From: Candidatus Micrarchaeota archaeon
GTDB lineage: Archaea; Micrarchaeota; Micrarchaeia; Norongarragalinales; Norongarragalinaceae
Direction of reading: 5' to 3'
Length of the DNA stretch: 64,000 nucleotides
NCBI GenBank assembly: GCA_043822385.1
Contig: JBDRBT010000014.1
Location: 164 to 64,163, forward strand
The notes beneath the pieces were generated by a model. That model was not told where the DNA came from. It did no database searches and was given only the letters and a program-made list of their open reading frames with translations. The translations under genes were made by a program, and so were the position numbers. Positions 55,224 through 63,874 of this stretch are shown here, piece by piece. Each line of letters opens with the position of its first letter. Within the stretch, counting starts at the first letter, position 1.

Positions 55224-55550
55224 TCACTTCTCGTGTTCTTTTAAAATACTCATCGTCTTCTTAACGTCTTCATCAGTTAATTCAACGGAATAACTAGCTA
55301 AAAATAAACGCAAGTCATCTTCTTTAGTAGGCAAGACGTTAACTAATTGTACTACAACGCGGTCTTCAAACAAACTCAAGCCAGAAAGCGCTTTTTGTAA
55401 AGCATTAGCTTCCTTTAGCGATAAAGAAACGTTTTTCTCTAAGTATTCGAAAGTCAATTGTTGTTCGTAACCCAACTCTCCTTCCTTCTTTCGCTTCTTC
55501 AACAAATCAAGCGCTTCCGCGTTAGTAATTGGTTTTTCAGTCAATAACAT
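55224..55550 (-). CDS. rpoF: DNA-directed RNA polymerase subunit Rpo4/F
   Basis: MLLTEKPITNAEALDLLKKRKKEGELGYEQQLTFEYL... Internal ATG 55550 lies directly after the L21e stop. Conserved L21e-RpoF-DUF655-KsgA order. Confidence 0.8.
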   Translation of the reverse strand: MLLTEKPITNAEALDLLKKRKKEGELGYEQQLTFEYLEKNVSLSLKEANALQKALSGLSLFEDRVVVQLVNVLPTKEDDLRLFLASYSVELTDEDVKKTMSILKEHEK

Positions 55551-55551
55551 T

Positions 55552-55827
55552 TCAAAACCTCTCAACGTGAACACTGGAAACAATTATAGTTTTAGGTTTC
55601 CTGCCGTCCATTACTTTCAAAACCAAAGCCCTGCCTTGCTTGCCTTCAACAACGCCAATCCGATGGTTAAACCTAAGCGCTTCTAGCCTGCCGCGCAAAA
55701 ATCTCTGGTTAACATTAATTCTTACGTTCTCTCCCGGCTTGAAAACCGAAAGAATTCTTGAAACGGTAGTATTCCTAGCAGTCAAATTTCGACTGTGTTT
55801 GGAAAAACCACCATGAGACCTCTTCAC
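55552..55827 (-). CDS. rpl21e: 50S ribosomal protein L21e
   Basis: MKRSHGGFSKHSRNL...FKPGENVRINVN...RFNHRIGVVEGKQGRALVLKV. Confidence 0.9.
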   Translation of the reverse strand: MKRSHGGFSKHSRNLTARNTTVSRILSVFKPGENVRINVNQRFLRGRLEALRFNHRIGVVEGKQGRALVLKVMDGRKPKTIIVSSVHVERF

Positions 55828-55972
55828 AAATAACCACCTTGAAAAGCAATAAAAACAGGCTACCTCGGAAAGTATTTTGCCTTAGTTAGAATATAAATCT
55901 TTTTAAACAGGCAAAACAAAACATTTAAATATATAAAATTTAGAAAGCGGTTTAAAAACGGGTGAAAAAGAC

Positions 55973-56296
55973 ATGGTCAAGGTAAAGTCTAAGAAAAAAA
56001 CTTACAACAAAAGAATTGACACTAGTTTTAAAGTAGAAAACATAGTTGCTTCAGCTAACTTAAAAGTTGAATTAGATTTATTCAACATTGCTATGGAAAT
56101 AGACAACGTTGAATACGAGCCAGAACAATTCCCGGGCGCAATAATGCGTTTGAAAGACATTGGCACAACCTTGTTGTTATTCAAGAACGGGAAAGTAATT
56201 TGCTCGGGCGCTAAGAGCGAAGCTCAAATCGGCAGGTCAATCAAGAGAGCAGTTGAATTACTAAGAGGCTTCATGAAAGACCCAGCGGTAGTTTAA
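55973..56296 (+). CDS. single-repeat TATA-box-binding-protein-like protein (half TBP)
   Basis: 107 aa. Lys-rich N-terminus, then one complete TBP repeat: VENIVASANLKVELDLFNIAMEIDNVEYEPEQFPGAIMRLKDIGTTLLLFKNGKVICSGAKSEAQIGRSIKRAVELL. The stop at 56294-56296 is followed by the 5S rRNA gene. GGGTGA RBS and TTTAAATATATAAAA TATA upstream. Confidence 0.8.
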   Translation: MVKVKSKKKTYNKRIDTSFKVENIVASANLKVELDLFNIAMEIDNVEYEPEQFPGAIMRLKDIGTTLLLFKNGKVICSGAKSEAQIGRSIKRAVELLRGFMKDPAVV

Positions 56297-56338
56297 AAAC
56301 GCTAGGTTTTTAAACTCGGTTCGGCACGATAATTACGT

Positions 56339-56447
56339 TAGCGGCCATAGGAGAGGTGGCACACCCGTTCTCATTCCGAACACGGAAGTTAAGACCTCTT
56401 ACGACGTTGCCAGTACTGTCTTTCGACGGGAACGCGCGTTGCTGCTA
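56339..56447 (+). rRNA. rrf: 5S ribosomal RNA (short, about 109 nt), not linked to 16S/23S in this window
   Basis: TAGCGGCCATAGGAGAGGTGGCACACCCGTTCTCATTCCGAACACGGAAGTTAAGACCTCTTACG...GGGAACGCGCGTTGCTGCTA. Conserved CCGAAC and GAAGTTAAG blocks are present. Helix I pairs TAGCGGC with GCTGCTA. TTTTTAAA lies about 25 nt upstream. End positions are +/- a few nt. Confidence 0.85.
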
Positions 56448-56488
56448 CATCTTTCTCATTATTAAAGTTTTTAAGCACTCTAGCGCTA

Positions 56489-56791
56489 ATGCTTGCGATG
56501 GATTTAAACACCCTAGTCTTCCTGTTATTCACGCCAGTCAGCGCAGTAAATGCTTTCGCTATTTTTTACTCAAACCACAAAAACAAGAAAACCGGAATTT
56601 ACTTGAAGCAATTGAAAGACCGGTTGAATGAAATAAGCGAAGGAATTAAAGACACTCAAAACAAAATTACGGAAGTAAAAAAAAGCCACGTTAAACAAGC
56701 TAATATTAGCGAGCTAGAAAAAAAATTAAACGAAGCTACTGCAGAATTGCTTTACTCTAAAAAGAAAATGAGGTCGAAACAAATTGTCTGA
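56489..56791 (+). CDS. small N-terminal-TM coiled-coil protein
   Basis: 100 aa. TM LNTLVFLLFTPVSAVNAFAIF, then a heptad-like Lys/Glu-rich helix. Confidence 0.4.
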   Translation: MLAMDLNTLVFLLFTPVSAVNAFAIFYSNHKNKKTGIYLKQLKDRLNEISEGIKDTQNKITEVKKSHVKQANISELEKKLNEATAELLYSKKKMRSKQIV

Positions 56792-57056
56792 CTTTCTCAC
56801 TCCAGAAGCAACCGCATTAATAGGCGTTGCAGCAGTTTTAACAGTAATCACTCTAATTACCGTAAGAAACGCTAATACTGAAACTAACTTAATTCGACGC
56901 AAGTTGCGGAACCAAATAAGCGACTTGGAACAAGAAATCGTAGTTGTTCAAAGCGACATACTTAAAATAAAAAAAGAAACAGAAAAGAAAATAGACGCGG
57001 AATACATGAACAGGCGGGTTGAAGGCTTAATCAACTTGATTAAAGGCAAGCACTAA
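56784..57056 (+). CDS. small N-terminal-TM coiled-coil protein (similar architecture)
   Basis: 90 aa with a TTG start overlapping the previous stop by 8 nt. TM ALIGVAAVLTVITLITV, then a coiled-coil-like region. Confidence 0.4.
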   Translation: MSDFLTPEATALIGVAAVLTVITLITVRNANTETNLIRRKLRNQISDLEQEIVVVQSDILKIKKETEKKIDAEYMNRRVEGLINLIKGKH

Positions 57057-58090
57057 AACACTTTAAAATCAATCACTACCTGGCTTTGTTTCGGCGAATA
57101 CGGCCTAACAATCCGCTTATTCAAAACCCGGTACTTGCGCTTCCTCTTCTTGCACGCAGTTCTAACAAAAACCAGCGCTTCATTAAAAGGCTTTTTCTTG
57201 TTTTCTTCAATGGAATTAAAACAATAAAAGTGAATAACGCAATTCTTTTTCGCAGCAATTAACGCAGAATCTAAAAAATCAAAGCCAGTATGCGGTAAAG
57301 GCATTACTATCCGGTCAGCCAAATTCTTGAGTTTTGGAACAATTTTATTCACGTCACCCTGAACTACCTTAATTGCATGCTCTGCTTTATTCAAAACAAC
57401 ATTTTCTCGCATTAAAGATACCGCAATTGGATTCAATTCAACAGCAATTATCTCTACATTCTTTTGCTTCTTGAAAAAAACTAAAGGAAACGGGCCAACA
57501 CCAGCAAATAACGCTAGAATTTTTTCTCCCGGCCTTATTTTCTTTGCTATGCGCATTCTCTCGAAAGCCAAGCGCACAGAAAAATAAACCTTACTCAAAT
57601 CAACACGCATTACTGCGCCAGCTTCCTTGTACAACGCGAGAGTAGTTTTTTCTCCAGCTAGCCACTCTAAATCACGAACTCTGTATTCGCCAAGCATTGC
57701 AGATTTTTTCATTAACACCGTTTTAACGTGCTTGTTTGCTTCCAGAATTTTTTTTGCAATTAACTTCTTTTTTTTCAGTAAAGAATCGTGAACTTCAATA
57801 ATGCAAATACTCCCGATTACGTCAAAAGATTTTACTAAATCGCTTAATTCAGTCTTGCTTAAAACACTTGAAAGTAATTCTTTTAATTCCCCAGAACGCT
57901 GAACTTCTTTGAATTTTCGTTGAGTAAAAACACTCTTGAAAGGTAAAGAAATTTTTCTAGTCACTGGAAAAAAAACAAAGCCGTTTTCATTGAACGCCGG
58001 AACTCCTGTGACCAAAGCGTTTTTTTCTTTAAGCAAAAACTTCGCTTTTTCAGCATTTTTTGGTTCTACCTTAACAGCTTTCATTTTCAC
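57053..58090 (-). CDS. trm5: tRNA methyltransferase Trm5/Taw22 family (Met-10+ like)
   Basis: ILALFAGVGPFPLVFF, IAVELNPIAV, ADRIVMPLP. 345 aa. Confidence 0.8.
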   Translation of the reverse strand: MKMKAVKVEPKNAEKAKFLLKEKNALVTGVPAFNENGFVFFPVTRKISLPFKSVFTQRKFKEVQRSGELKELLSSVLSKTELSDLVKSFDVIGSICIIEVHDSLLKKKKLIAKKILEANKHVKTVLMKKSAMLGEYRVRDLEWLAGEKTTLALYKEAGAVMRVDLSKVYFSVRLAFERMRIAKKIRPGEKILALFAGVGPFPLVFFKKQKNVEIIAVELNPIAVSLMRENVVLNKAEHAIKVVQGDVNKIVPKLKNLADRIVMPLPHTGFDFLDSALIAAKKNCVIHFYCFNSIEENKKKPFNEALVFVRTACKKRKRKYRVLNKRIVRPYSPKQSQVVIDFKVF

Positions 58091-58112
58091 AACCTATAAG
58101 AATAATTAACTA

Positions 58113-58937
58113 ATGAGAAATAAAACAATGGACTTTATACAAGAATTTTTATTAAACCCCCTGCAGCAACCCAATGACTACGCGCCTTACAATTTGGTTA
58201 ACACACTGGTTTTCGCTGCAATAGCGTTAGCCGCAGCCTGGATTTTGTATAAACTCCTGCCTAAACTAGGAATCAAATACGATGAAGAGTTTTTTTACAG
58301 CGTACTTCCGTTCGTTATCCTGGGTGCAATTTTACGCGTGGTAGTTGACGCTGAAATCCTGCCGCGTTCAATAAGCGTTTTCGGCATTGACTTGTTTATT
58401 TTAGTCACGCCGGGAATTTACATTTTCACGTTCGTTGTTTTAATGGCGTGCTTGCTAGTTTGCTTGAAAACCAAGAACCCAATGAAAAACTTCCGAAACG
58501 CAGGAATAATTCTTTCAGTAATAGCGTTCCTTCCCTTGCTTTCACTTTACTCTCAAATTCAACTAGACGTACTATTAATTCCAGTAATTGCGTTAGCCTT
58601 CCTCGCAGTATTTGACTTTGTTTGGAAGAAAACAACGAAAACAGAATTAACTAATATAGAAAAAACACTGTTTTTTGCTCAAGTGTTTGACGGCAGCGCT
58701 ACTTTTTACGGCGTTGCCTTTAAAGGATATTTCGAGCAACACGTTGTTGGGGGCGCAATAATCAATTCAGGCTCGCCCCTAGCGTTCTTGTTAATTAAAG
58801 CCTTATTTGCGGTAGGAGTAATTTATTTCTTAAGGAAAGAAAACAAGCAAGACGCGGTATTCATTACCTTGCTCATAACAATAGTTGGTTTAGGACCAGG
58901 AACAAGAGACGTTTTGCGGACTTTATTCGGGGTTTAA
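58113..58937 (+). CDS. polytopic membrane protein (DUF63-like, tentative)
   Basis: 274 aa with about 7 TM helices and FAQVFDGSATFYGV. The start may instead be ATG 58128 (MDFIQ). Confidence 0.5.
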   Translation: MRNKTMDFIQEFLLNPLQQPNDYAPYNLVNTLVFAAIALAAAWILYKLLPKLGIKYDEEFFYSVLPFVILGAILRVVVDAEILPRSISVFGIDLFILVTPGIYIFTFVVLMACLLVCLKTKNPMKNFRNAGIILSVIAFLPLLSLYSQIQLDVLLIPVIALAFLAVFDFVWKKTTKTELTNIEKTLFFAQVFDGSATFYGVAFKGYFEQHVVGGAIINSGSPLAFLLIKALFAVGVIYFLRKENKQDAVFITLLITIVGLGPGTRDVLRTLFGV

Positions 58938-58938
58938 T

Positions 58939-59208
58939 TTATTCGCCGCTGCCAGTTAATTCTTGAGCTACTTGTTGTTCTCCTTGCTGGCCAACTGGAA
59001 TCTCAATGAAACGAACTTGCTCGCCTTCACCAGTGTAAATAATGCGAATTACGCCTGAAACCATTTTAGACGCGTTTAACGTATCCATGAATTCCAGCGT
59101 AGTATCTTCTTTCACACCTAAAGCGCCCTCGAATACAGCGTCAACTGGCTTGAAACCAGATTTTTGCAGCAAATCAATCATTTTCATTACTTCATCCTTA
59201 ATCTTCAT
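58939..59208 (-). CDS. hypothetical protein
   Basis: 89-aa acidic ORF. No motif recognised. Confidence 0.4.
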   Translation of the reverse strand: MKIKDEVMKMIDLLQKSGFKPVDAVFEGALGVKEDTTLEFMDTLNASKMVSGVIRIIYTGEGEQVRFIEIPVGQQGEQQVAQELTGSGE

Positions 59209-59292
59209 TTAAACATCACCAGTGCAAAGCATTAAACAACAAGCGTTTTTTAGGGTTTTTGTCCGGGTTGTTGCTTTCTTCGACTTAAGGCT

Positions 59293-59475
59293 TCACTCAA
59301 AATCGCGCACTAAAGAATAATATTCATTCTGCTTTCCTTTAAATGCTACTTTAATAACAAAATGCCTATCCGTTTCTTGAGAGTGCTCAGCTAAAGGAAA
59401 ATAATACCGTGGATTAAACCCCAAATGTTTTGTGAGGAGTGAAGTAATCTTTCGTTCAGTTAAATTCAAAGCCAT
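59293..59475 (-). CDS. hypothetical small protein
   Basis: 60 aa. LLTKHLGFNPRYYFPLAEH resembles a segment of the upstream 141-aa ORF. Confidence 0.3.
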   Translation of the reverse strand: MALNLTERKITSLLTKHLGFNPRYYFPLAEHSQETDRHFVIKVAFKGKQNEYYSLVRDFE

Positions 59476-59476
59476 A

Positions 59477-59902
59477 TTAAGTCCTCATTCTGCCAGTACC
59501 AAACTTTTCCTTCAAAATAGAATACAAGGGGGAATGCTCAAAAACAGTCAAGCTAACCTCCACTAATCGCTTGTTTTTAGTTACGCTCGCTAGAACTTTA
59601 TCTTTGTCTAATAACTCCCAAAAATGCGGGTTTGCGGGCCTAGCTACAAAACCGTTTTTTTTAACTGAGGAAAACAAAACAGCATTTTTTTCTTCACTAT
59701 CACCCCTTTCACCAAGAGGCATTAACAAAAAAACGTACTTGGCCGGCTCACCAGGAGAATTTCGAGTAAAATGCTTTATTCCGGGCAGAGGCACTGCATG
59801 CGTTTCCAAATCAAGACCCAAATGTTGTTTTATTAACTGCTTAAGTTCCCTAGAGTTTCCAGTATGAGAATACGCTCTAAAGACTTTAACCAAGTTAAAC
59901 AC
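59477..59902 (-). CDS. hypothetical protein
   Basis: 141-aa ORF whose stop lies 1 nt before the next ORF's start. LIKQHLGLDLETHAVPLPG segment. Confidence 0.4.
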   Translation of the reverse strand: MFNLVKVFRAYSHTGNSRELKQLIKQHLGLDLETHAVPLPGIKHFTRNSPGEPAKYVFLLMPLGERGDSEEKNAVLFSSVKKNGFVARPANPHFWELLDKDKVLASVTKNKRLVEVSLTVFEHSPLYSILKEKFGTGRMRT

Positions 59903-60026
59903 CCAAAAAAACAGTAAAAACTGTTTTTATTAACGTAATTATAAGACGAAAAAGGTTATTAATCTAGAATATGCTTTTATTAATAAAGTAAAACTTTGTG
60001 TTTAATGAGAGTGGAGTTGGTTTTCA

Positions 60027-60320
60027 ATGGTTAAATACGCTATAGCAAAACAATTAGCCGGAAAGAGAGTAATTACTACTGACGGGGAAGAACTCGGCAG
60101 AGTTATTGACTTGTATTTCAATGAAGTAAACGGCAAGCTAGAAAGCGTGTTAATTGAACCAAACCCTGATTCAGGCTGGGCAGCTAAAACAAAGCAAGCA
60201 GGTGGCGGATTCTTGACGGTACCGTACTCGTCAGTACTGGATGTTAAAGACGTAATGGTAGTAGACAGACGCGGATTGTCTTCAGACGCAATGCTTCAAG
60301 ACCACGGCGGATTACTCTAA
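60027..60320 (+). CDS. PRC-barrel domain protein
   Basis: LAGKRVITTDGEELGRVIDLYFNEVNGKLESVLIEP is typical of archaeal PRC-barrel proteins. Confidence 0.7.
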   Translation: MVKYAIAKQLAGKRVITTDGEELGRVIDLYFNEVNGKLESVLIEPNPDSGWAAKTKQAGGGFLTVPYSSVLDVKDVMVVDRRGLSSDAMLQDHGGLL

Positions 60321-61400
60321 AGTTAAATAAACTGAAGCGTGGTCCTTGACTTCAATAAACAATTTCTTTTTCGCTAGCAAAGCATTCAACTTTGCTTCGA
60401 TTTCTTGATTCTTTAAGCCCTTAGCTTGCATTGAACGCAATTCCTCAAACAATTTTTCTACAAACAAACAATTCTCAAAAACCCAGTTTCCAGCTTTCTT
60501 GAGTTCAACGCGTTGTTCATCAAACTCTTGCAGTAAAGCCAGCTGGCTAGTTAATTGTGCTTCCACCTTTTCAACGCCCTTATTTTTAGGAGTTTCATGA
60601 ACGTAATTAAAGTAATACTCGTCCAGAGCTTCAGAAAAAGAATCAAATTGTTTTTCGGTTACGCCTCTATATTTCTCTAGTTTAGTGAAGGAAAAGGCCA
60701 CCGGTTTTTCGTCCGCGTAATAAACGCGGGGCGCTCTTTCAGAAACTAGTTTTTTTACTTCCTTGATTACTTTAGAAAAATCAACCGCACTAGCTTCATC
60801 ATCCAGAGAAAAACCAGCTCTGACAACTGCTTCCTCTAAGTAAAAAGGCGCTAAGTTAAATTTTTTTGACAAGAAAGAAACAATTTTTCCTTGCACTTCG
60901 TTCGAATCAGGAGTAATTAAAGAAAAAACGCTTTGTTTTTCTTGCGGAGGCAAGACGTACTTTAAACCCCGTTTTAAAGAACGAACAGAATAATGCGCCC
61001 TAGTTAATACTTGCAGGATAGTGTAAACAGCATCACACAAAATCACGTTCCCTTTACCGAACAATTCTAAAACCAGAATAAATGATTCTTTTTTATCTAG
61101 TTCGAAAACTATAACGCGGTCTTCATTCAATTGCTTAATTGCACGCACGCGAGCATTCTCAAGCAACGAACGCATTCTCGCAACAAGCGGGTCTTTTTCA
61201 ATTGTTTCTTCAACAAACTTAGTTAAGTTAGCCCTCACACCTAATTCAACTAACAAGAAAACGCTTCCTTTAGTTTTCGAGTTGAATTTAAAGCGGTAAA
61301 CGCCTTCGCTAACTAAGTACGGCCGAACTAAAAAACTGCCTTCCAATAAAGCTAGTTCTTCAGTTAAAACAGCGTAATCAATTGAACTCATTTTCTGCAT
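60312..61400 (-). CDS. NFACT-N (Rqc2/FbpA-like) domain protein, short form
   Basis: MQKMSSIDYAVLTEELALLEGSFLVRPYLVSEGVYRFKF...LLVELGVRANLT... followed by a coiled coil. It lacks the C-terminal NFACT-R/DUF814 part expected in full-length archaeal homologs. ATG 61400 or 61391 is preferred over 61457. Confidence 0.6.
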   Translation of the reverse strand: MQKMSSIDYAVLTEELALLEGSFLVRPYLVSEGVYRFKFNSKTKGSVFLLVELGVRANLTKFVEETIEKDPLVARMRSLLENARVRAIKQLNEDRVIVFELDKKESFILVLELFGKGNVILCDAVYTILQVLTRAHYSVRSLKRGLKYVLPPQEKQSVFSLITPDSNEVQGKIVSFLSKKFNLAPFYLEEAVVRAGFSLDDEASAVDFSKVIKEVKKLVSERAPRVYYADEKPVAFSFTKLEKYRGVTEKQFDSFSEALDEYYFNYVHETPKNKGVEKVEAQLTSQLALLQEFDEQRVELKKAGNWVFENCLFVEKLFEELRSMQAKGLKNQEIEAKLNALLAKKKLFIEVKDHASVYLTLE

Positions 61401-61480
61401 GATAAGAAATAGCGAAAACAAAATTAAAAGCACTAGCGTTGAAAATAAATAAAACAAAACCCTTAAAATAACTAGGGTTC

Positions 61481-61496
61481 ATATCGTATTCGATAT
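61481..61496. promoter_or_regulatory. palindrome ATATCG-TATT-CGATAT overlapping TATA-like element upstream of PadR gene
   Basis: Perfect 6-4-6 inverted repeat. ATATAAAT (61493-61500) lies about 16 nt before ATG 61516. Confidence 0.3.
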
Positions 61497-61515
61497 AAAT
61501 CGGGTCCGATACTAA

Positions 61516-61986
61516 ATGCCTAAAATAGAAATAAAGGGATTACTGCGAATATTCATACTTACTTCTTTGTCTAAAAAAGAAAAAACCGGCAAGGAACTAG
61601 CAGACCAAATACACACAATATCCAAAGACTGGCGACCAAGCTGTGGAACGATATACCCGTTGCTGCAAGGCTTGAAAAAAAACAAGCTAGTTAAACCCAA
61701 AAAAACCAGTAAAAGAGGAGAAATAACTTACGAAATAACTAGAAAAGGCAAGGAAACAATAAAAACGCAGAAAACGAAATTATTAAACTCGTTCGGGGAA
61801 GCAATTAAAAAAACATTCCCGCTATTAATGATGGTTTTTCACGATTGCACTGAAGAAGAAGCTAAGGAAATAAGCAGGGAATACGAAGAATTTCTCGAAA
61901 TACGTGAAAAAATATTTATTTTACCTCCAGAAAGACGAAAGGCAATAATAAAAAGTTTTCTTAAAAAAATGAAGGAAATAAAATGA
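61516..61986 (+). CDS. PadR-family transcriptional regulator
   Basis: LLRIFILTSLSKKEKTGKELADQIHTISKDWRPSCGTIYPLLQGLKKNKLV is the PadR winged-helix pattern. Confidence 0.8.
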   Translation: MPKIEIKGLLRIFILTSLSKKEKTGKELADQIHTISKDWRPSCGTIYPLLQGLKKNKLVKPKKTSKRGEITYEITRKGKETIKTQKTKLLNSFGEAIKKTFPLLMMVFHDCTEEEAKEISREYEEFLEIREKIFILPPERRKAIIKSFLKKMKEIK

Positions 61987-62675
61987 AAAATGAAGTAATT
62001 ATTGAGTTAGAAAACGTGGAAAAAACGTACTTAATGGGAATCGTGCCAGTTCACGCTTTAGGGGGAGTTAATTTAAAAATAAGGAAAGGCGAGTTCGTAG
62101 CAATAATGGGGCCGTCAGGCAGCGGTAAAAGCACGTTAATGAACATGGTTGGCAGTTTAGACTTGCCTACGAAAGGCAAAGTCCTCCTAGATGGACAAGA
62201 TATTTCTAAATTCAGTGAAAGCCATTTAGCGCAAATACGTGGAAAAAAAATAGGATTCATTTTCCAGCAATTCAACTTAGTTCCTTCATTAAGCGCTATG
62301 GAAAACGCGGAATTACCCTTGATTTTTCACCACTTGCCTGAACAAAAAAGGCGCGAGCGATTAATGAAGATATTCACTCAAGTCAACATGGAAGACAGAA
62401 TATTTCACAAGCCGCGTGAATTATCAGGGGGAGAACAACAAAGAGTAGCTATAGTACGGGCTTTAGCAGTAGACCCTGAAGTAGTTCTGGCAGACGAACC
62501 TACTGGTAATTTGGATTCTAAAACAGGGAAGGAATTAATGGTGTTGTTAAAAGACTTAAACAAGAAAGGCAAGACAATCATAATGGTTACGCACGATGAA
62601 GAAATCGGCAAGCAAGCGCAAAGAATAGTGCGCATAAGAGATGGTTTATTAGAAAAGGAGGTTTCGAAAAAATGA
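61983..62675 (+). CDS. ABC transporter ATP-binding protein (MacB/LolD-like)
   Basis: GPSGSGKSTL, LSGGEQQRVAIVRAL, VLADEPTGNLD. ATGA overlap with the PadR gene. Confidence 0.9.
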   Translation: MKNEVIIELENVEKTYLMGIVPVHALGGVNLKIRKGEFVAIMGPSGSGKSTLMNMVGSLDLPTKGKVLLDGQDISKFSESHLAQIRGKKIGFIFQQFNLVPSLSAMENAELPLIFHHLPEQKRRERLMKIFTQVNMEDRIFHKPRELSGGEQQRVAIVRALAVDPEVVLADEPTGNLDSKTGKELMVLLKDLNKKGKTIIMVTHDEEIGKQAQRIVRIRDGLLEKEVSKK

Positions 62676-63874
62676 TGAAAAAATTGTTTTTACTATTAGT
62701 CTTAGTAACTATGGTGCAAGCAGCTGAAACCGCGTTAGGCGGCACGCTTACAATAAGCCAACTGCAATACACGCCTTACCCTGCAGAACCAGGGCAGTAC
62801 ATAGATGTGTGGATTAACGTTCAAACCTCTAGCTACATTGATAAGGTCGAATGCAAATTAATTCCTCAATACCCGTTTTCTCTAGACGCTAGTGAAAACG
62901 CTCAAAGAACAATAGGCACGCTAGGCCCGGGGCAAGGATTTGTTTTAAAATACAAGATTAGAGTGGATTCAGCAGCAATTAATGGAAACAACGACTTGCC
63001 AATAAGCTGTAGATCAGAAGGAAGAGATTGGATTACTGCAAAAACAGTTATTGCAATTCAAGGAAAAGCAGCGAGCTTGGAAATATCGGAAGTAGAATTA
63101 AACCCGAAGTGGATTGCACCCGGCTCTACAGGCATAGTAAGAATTAGTTTAAAAAACACAGCTAATTCAGCAGTTCGAAACGTAAACGTAAAACTATCTT
63201 TAACAGACACGCCTTTCACACCAATAAGCGGTGGAATCGAAAAAAATCTTGACGTTATTCTCGGTGAAGAAACTAAAACCATTGAATATCAATTAGCGCC
63301 ATTAGCAACAGCTGAATCAAAATCCTATCGAATACCACTCGCACTAACTTATCAAGACGAGTTAGGAAATAGTTATTCAAGCAGTGAAACTATTGGAATA
63401 ATTGTTGGGGAAACACCTAGTTTGCTAGTTGAAGTAAGCCAAAGCGATATAGTGCAAGCATTCACGTCCGGAACAGTTGAATTTAAAATAATCAACAACG
63501 GCTTAAGTGACGTAAAATTCTTGAATGTGGCAGCTGAAAACGGACTCAACCACGAAATCGCGGACACTGCCCCTAAATACATTGGGACCCTAGCTGGAGA
63601 TGACTCTGAAACAATTGAATACCAAATTTACGTTGGTGACGCGCAAGGAAAGATCGAGGTTCCACTCAAACTAACTTACCGTGACTCAAACAATCAAGAA
63701 TACACTCAAACAATAAGCGCTGAACTACGCATTTACTCAAGCGAGGAACTAACAAAATTTGGGTTAGTTAAAGATGCAGGAATCAACTGGCTATTAATCG
63801 GCGGAATAGTAATCGCGGGTTACTTAGCGTACACGTACTGGTGGAAAAAGAGAGGCGCTAAACAACAAAAATGA
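62672..63874 (+). CDS. secreted S-layer-domain-like (COG1361-type) protein with C-terminal TM anchor
   Basis: Signal MMKKLFLLLVLVTMVQA. Repeated beta modules (VRISLKNTANSAVRNVNVKLS, VEFKIINNGLSDVKFLNV). C-terminal TM LLIGGIVIAGYLAYTYWW. Confidence 0.6.
   Translation: MMKKLFLLLVLVTMVQAAETALGGTLTISQLQYTPYPAEPGQYIDVWINVQTSSYIDKVECKLIPQYPFSLDASENAQRTIGTLGPGQGFVLKYKIRVDSAAINGNNDLPISCRSEGRDWITAKTVIAIQGKAASLEISEVELNPKWIAPGSTGIVRISLKNTANSAVRNVNVKLSLTDTPFTPISGGIEKNLDVILGEETKTIEYQLAPLATAESKSYRIPLALTYQDELGNSYSSSETIGIIVGETPSLLVEVSQSDIVQAFTSGTVEFKIINNGLSDVKFLNVAAENGLNHEIADTAPKYIGTLAGDDSETIEYQIYVGDAQGKIEVPLKLTYRDSNNQEYTQTISAELRIYSSEELTKFGLVKDAGINWLLIGGIVIAGYLAYTYWWKKRGAKQQK

Noticed and set aside
56297-56500. 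Search for a second TBP repeat in other frames downstream of the 107-aa TBP-like ORF
   Set aside because: The region is occupied by a promoter element and the 5S rRNA gene. No frame gives TBP-like sequence, so a simple frameshifted full-length tbp is not supported within the window.
56356-56631. 91-aa ORF in the track
   Set aside because: It lies on top of the 5S rRNA gene (56339-56447) and its translation is low-complexity. It is best explained as a chance ORF through a structural RNA.
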